A stretch of 64,000 nt of DNA from Bermanella sp. 47_1433_sub80_T6. GTDB lineage: Bacteria; Pseudomonadota; Gammaproteobacteria; Pseudomonadales; Oceanobacteraceae. The notes beneath the pieces were generated by a model. The model was not told the DNA's origin. It saw only the letters and a program-made list of their open reading frames with translations, and did no database searches. The translations under genes and the position numbers were made by a program. Numbering within the stretch: the first letter of the stretch is position 1; every line of letters starts with the position of its first letter. The stretch lies in assembly GCA_002162985.1 (NCBI GenBank), contig MAAD01000043.1, forward strand, positions 637 through 64,636. Reading direction: 5' to 3'. Shown in pieces: positions 60,793 through 64,000 of the stretch.

Positions 60793-61371
60793 ATGAATAA
60801 AGCAGAAAAAGCTATTGAATCAATGTTCGAAAAGTATTCATTGAATGATGAGCACACCAAAACCAAGTTGTCTCAAGTGTCGGAAGTGGTTCATCTTGAG
60901 GCTGGAGATATTTTGGAGCGAGCAGGGGATGTTACGAGTGCCTTTTATCTGATTGTTGAGGGTGTCGTCAGATATTTCTATATACTCGAGGAGGGTAAAG
61001 AGCGTAACAAAGCGTTTTTCAAAGAAGGCCAACTCGTCGGATCTTTAAGTGCCTTTTTTACTGATCGCATTATGACTTTTACGATTGAAGCACTTGAGCC
61101 CTGCACCTTGCTACGGTTCCCATTCCAGAAACTCAACTTTGAAGGCGATTTAGAACGTATTATGCAAGGCGCCACCCGTGAGATATTGATTCGCAATGAG
61201 CAGCATGAGGCTGCTCTTCTAACCGGGAGTGCCGAAGATCGTTATCGTTGGGTGGAGAGCGGTGAACCCTGGTTGCTGGAGCGCATTCCACAATATCATT
61301 TAGCCTCCTATCTAAGGCTCGAACCGGTTTCTTTATCCAGGGTCAAAAGCAAGCTATCGAATGGCTCTTAA
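60793..61371 (+). CDS. Crp/Fnr-family regulator
   Basis: cNMP fold GVVRYFY..GKE..F..IEALE; AEDRY..RIPQYHLASYLRLEPVSLSRVK HTH. Confidence 0.9.
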   Translation: MNKAEKAIESMFEKYSLNDEHTKTKLSQVSEVVHLEAGDILERAGDVTSAFYLIVEGVVRYFYILEEGKERNKAFFKEGQLVGSLSAFFTDRIMTFTIEALEPCTLLRFPFQKLNFEGDLERIMQGATREILIRNEQHEAALLTGSAEDRYRWVESGEPWLLERIPQYHLASYLRLEPVSLSRVKSKLSNGS

Positions 61372-61427
61372 ATTTATCATTCCGCTTACCTTCCATCATC
61401 AATTTTTGCTCAATATTTTTTCCAGTC

Positions 61428-61457
61428 GATAACCTAGGTTAATGAGTCATCTTAAGT
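61428..61457 (+). promoter_or_regulatory. Candidate Crp/Fnr-family operator, copy 2
   Basis: GATAACCTAGGTTAATGAGTCATCTTAAGT, containing the palindrome TAACCTAGGTTA. Confidence 0.7.
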
Positions 61458-61516
61458 TCATGCGTTAAAGTGGATTTTCTTTAAGTTAATTCATCCCGTG
61501 AAGAAGGTAATTCGTA

Positions 61517-62002
61517 GTGGAAAATCGAGCATCAAGACTTATTCATGCTATCAATAAACTGCCTGAGTCTTTCAGTAATGCGATATTGTCTATAGGCTTT
61601 GGCTTTGTTGCTAAGATCTTTGGCACGACCGGTATTAGGGTGAGGTCGATAAAGCAAGATCAAGTTGAATTATATTTGCCTAATCGTAAAAAAGTTCGAA
61701 ATCATTTTGGCACTGTAGCGGCAGGAGTAGCTATATTACATGCGGAGACCGCATCAGGGATTGTTATGGGAATGAATGTGCCAGATAACTGCCTACCGGT
61801 GTTAAAGTCTGTCCAGTTCAATTTTCCAAAACGTATGCACGGAGGGCTGACAGCGACATCTTGGTTAACAGATAAACAGCTAGAGCAAATTAAAAACAGT
61901 GATAAGGGTGAGATGATCGTTCAAACTCGAATCATAGATGACTCAGGGCGTGAGCCCGTCAATGGCTCCTTCACTTGGGCTTGGATACCAAAGTCTAGAT
62001 AG
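61517..62002 (+). CDS. DUF4442/PaaI hotdog-fold thioesterase-like protein
   Basis: GTTGI, NRKKVRNHFGTV, AETASG, WAWIPK. Confidence 0.85.
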   Translation: MENRASRLIHAINKLPESFSNAILSIGFGFVAKIFGTTGIRVRSIKQDQVELYLPNRKKVRNHFGTVAAGVAILHAETASGIVMGMNVPDNCLPVLKSVQFNFPKRMHGGLTATSWLTDKQLEQIKNSDKGEMIVQTRIIDDSGREPVNGSFTWAWIPKSR

Positions 62003-62230
62003 CATGCGTATCTGCTCTTGATGCACTATGTTGAACTAATATAGACACCCATTTTATCATCACCAAAAATTGAAACCAAAAAAACCTACGAAATCCAATC
62101 TGTAGTCCTTCAACTAATTAGTATTCCGTGTTTTTCTCAAATTTAAAGTGCGTAAAGTGCTGATTTATAAATCGCAGGCAGCAGAAAACCACCGACCGGT
62201 GTTTGTTGTTTTATTTTTACTGTGGGATTG

Positions 62231-62980
62231 TTACGTCAAAAGTTCTTGGCAACTTTTAAGACCGGGCCGTCGCTTTTTATCAAGTAACGCGATGGCGGCA
62301 TCCATAATACTTGGATTGCCCACCAAGCTTTTAAAGCACCTCTCAAATGAGCTGGTCATTTTTAACCATTGCTTAGGTTCTATGCCAAGCCGTTGCAATA
62401 CCGGTAGTTGAGTATTTTCAATATAGCCCCTTTTGTCTTCACGCATAACCCGTCCCGTTAATTCGACCAACTCCAAATAATCCGTTAATTTGAAGGGTAG
62501 TCCGTGAGGCATGTTTTCTTTGGGGTTACCTGCAAACGGCATTAATGTTTTAACTTGCTGGTTGGGATGATTTGCACTGTGCGCTGATTGAGCTTTGCCT
62601 GCCCTTTGTTTGATGGATGTATAATCTGAGGTCTCAGGAGTATCTGCCATTTTTGCTCTTACTGGATTTAAGTCCACATACGCTAAGCAGGCGGCTAGCG
62701 CTTTTTCATCGAGTAGGGCTTGGGATTTAAAACGGCCCTCCCAGAAACGACCAGTGCAGTTATCTTCATAGTTGGCTTGGCGGGCGATAAATTCATTTAG
62801 GCGCCCAATAAACCAACCTAAATCCATTAAGCGGTCACGCCATATTTCTACAAATTCGGTTAGTTTAGCTAACTCAGCGTCTGAGAAGCGAGGATCAGTT
62901 AAGTATCGCTGACTTAAGGCATTACCTTTATAAAGCGAATGCCAACGTTCAATGACCTGATCAAAGGTCCAACTGATAGA
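62231..62980 (-). pseudogene. 5'-truncated RAYT-like (Y1/HUH) transposase
   Basis: LNEFIARQANYEDNCTGRFWEGRFKSQALLDE..YVDLNPVRA; frame extends upstream as SWTFDQVIERW..W up to the uspE stop; N-terminal HUH motif absent. Confidence 0.8.
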
Positions 62981-62985
62981 GTGCT

Positions 62986-63936
62986 TTATGCCTGACGAAT
63001 GCCGTCTTCCTCTTCACTAAGATTACGAACACCATCCTGCAATTTAATGGCCAGTACATCGCAATCGGTAGCATCCAATACTTGCTCAACCGTACTGCCT
63101 AATATAATGCTCTGAACATCTCCTTGGCTAATCATACCCACCAGAATGACATCGGCATCCAGCTCTTTGGCGGTTAGAGTAATAACTTCTTCAGGTTCGC
63201 CCTCCAGTATGTGCAGATTATTGGGTGATATGTTGTAGCGATTGGCTATGGCTTCACAGGCATCTTGATGTTGGTTGACCACGTATTGCTGTAAATCTTC
63301 CGGTATGGGGGTGTCTGGCAGGCTAGCCAGGGTGAGGCTCATCATGGGGTAGCTATTGGCCAAATGTATTTGATACTTGTCATCTGTGTTGATGTGTTCG
63401 GCAAATTCAAAGATGTGTTCGTTAATGACCTTGTGGGCATCATCAAGTGAAGTGGCGTCTACTGCCGCCACTATGTTGCGAGATTCCCAGGCTAATTTTT
63501 CTTTTACCAGTAATAAGGGGGCCGGACAGAATTTCAATAGATTCCAGTCCTGGTGACGCATTACCCGGTCCACTATGCCATGGTGTTTGGCCGACGACTT
63601 AATGACTAAATCAAAGCTTAGGTTCTCGCTGTTATCCATGACCGCTTGATAGGCGTGTTTGCGCCAGCAAATGGTCAGTGGTGTGTCTTCTGGTAAATAG
63701 AATTCTTTTAACAGCTCTTCTGCCCATTGCTGGGATTGATCTAATAATAGGGCCTTTAAATCGTGGCGCAGCTCCAAATCTGTGAGTGAACCCTCTTCGC
63801 AGGCGTGGTTGTAGGTATAACTGCTCACAAACAGGTCGGCCTGTTGTTCTTTGCATATTTGCATGGCACGTTGCAGGGCATTTTGGTTATCCAGCTCTTT
63901 GTCCAGTAACAACAAGACGTTTTTAATGGCTAGCAT
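62986..63936 (-). CDS. uspE: Tandem-domain universal stress protein (UspE-like)
   Basis: Two USP domains; DWNLLKFCPAPLLLVK, AAVD, ILGSTVEQVLD..CDVLAIK. Confidence 0.88.
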   Translation of the reverse strand: MLAIKNVLLLLDKELDNQNALQRAMQICKEQQADLFVSSYTYNHACEEGSLTDLELRHDLKALLLDQSQQWAEELLKEFYLPEDTPLTICWRKHAYQAVMDNSENLSFDLVIKSSAKHHGIVDRVMRHQDWNLLKFCPAPLLLVKEKLAWESRNIVAAVDATSLDDAHKVINEHIFEFAEHINTDDKYQIHLANSYPMMSLTLASLPDTPIPEDLQQYVVNQHQDACEAIANRYNISPNNLHILEGEPEEVITLTAKELDADVILVGMISQGDVQSIILGSTVEQVLDATDCDVLAIKLQDGVRNLSEEEDGIRQA

Positions 63937-64000
63937 GGCCGGCTCCTGTTTTTATGCCTGCAATGGATATTAGTAATAGTCTAGTCGCTTCTCGCCTAAA

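Noticed and set aside
59100-62230. Integron cassette array
   Set aside because: No RYYYAAC...GTTRRRY attC hairpins seen after the genes; orientations are mixed; the TAAC...GTTA sites are short operator palindromes
62148-62411. 87-aa plus-strand ORF
   Set aside because: Mostly antisense to the transposase remnant

Overview
Chromosomal DNA from a gammaproteobacterium. Gene order resembles Pseudomonas (alaA-msrB-gpx-ospR, tRNA-Glu/Gly, yadGH-queF, prmB-aroC-MFS, folD divergent to tRNA-Arg/His/Leu), and the sequence is consistent with a marine Oceanospirillales-like organism (inference). The window has about 55 CDS and 9 tRNAs in two operons. The most notable accessory content is: (1) a signalling cluster after tRNA-Leu, with a TonB-dependent receptor divergent from a kinase built as YfiR-like head, ~145-residue periplasmic coiled coil, one TM helix and kinase core, followed by a single-domain receiver and a receiver-kinase; (2) an ammonium transporter fused to a hybrid histidine kinase, followed by a second REC-HK-REC protein; (3) a ~5 kb decayed mobile patch with a 3'-truncated integron integrase that keeps a perfect LexA box and is cut at a tRNA-linked-repeat-like element, a Crp/Fnr regulator flanked by two inverted 30-bp operators, and a 5'-truncated RAYT-like transposase. 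Also visible are a 50-aa gene missed by the ORF track, candidate OhrR, Fur, AraC and ArsR operators, and recurring RpoS-type -10 boxes. All family assignments come from motif recognition by eye; no database searches were run.
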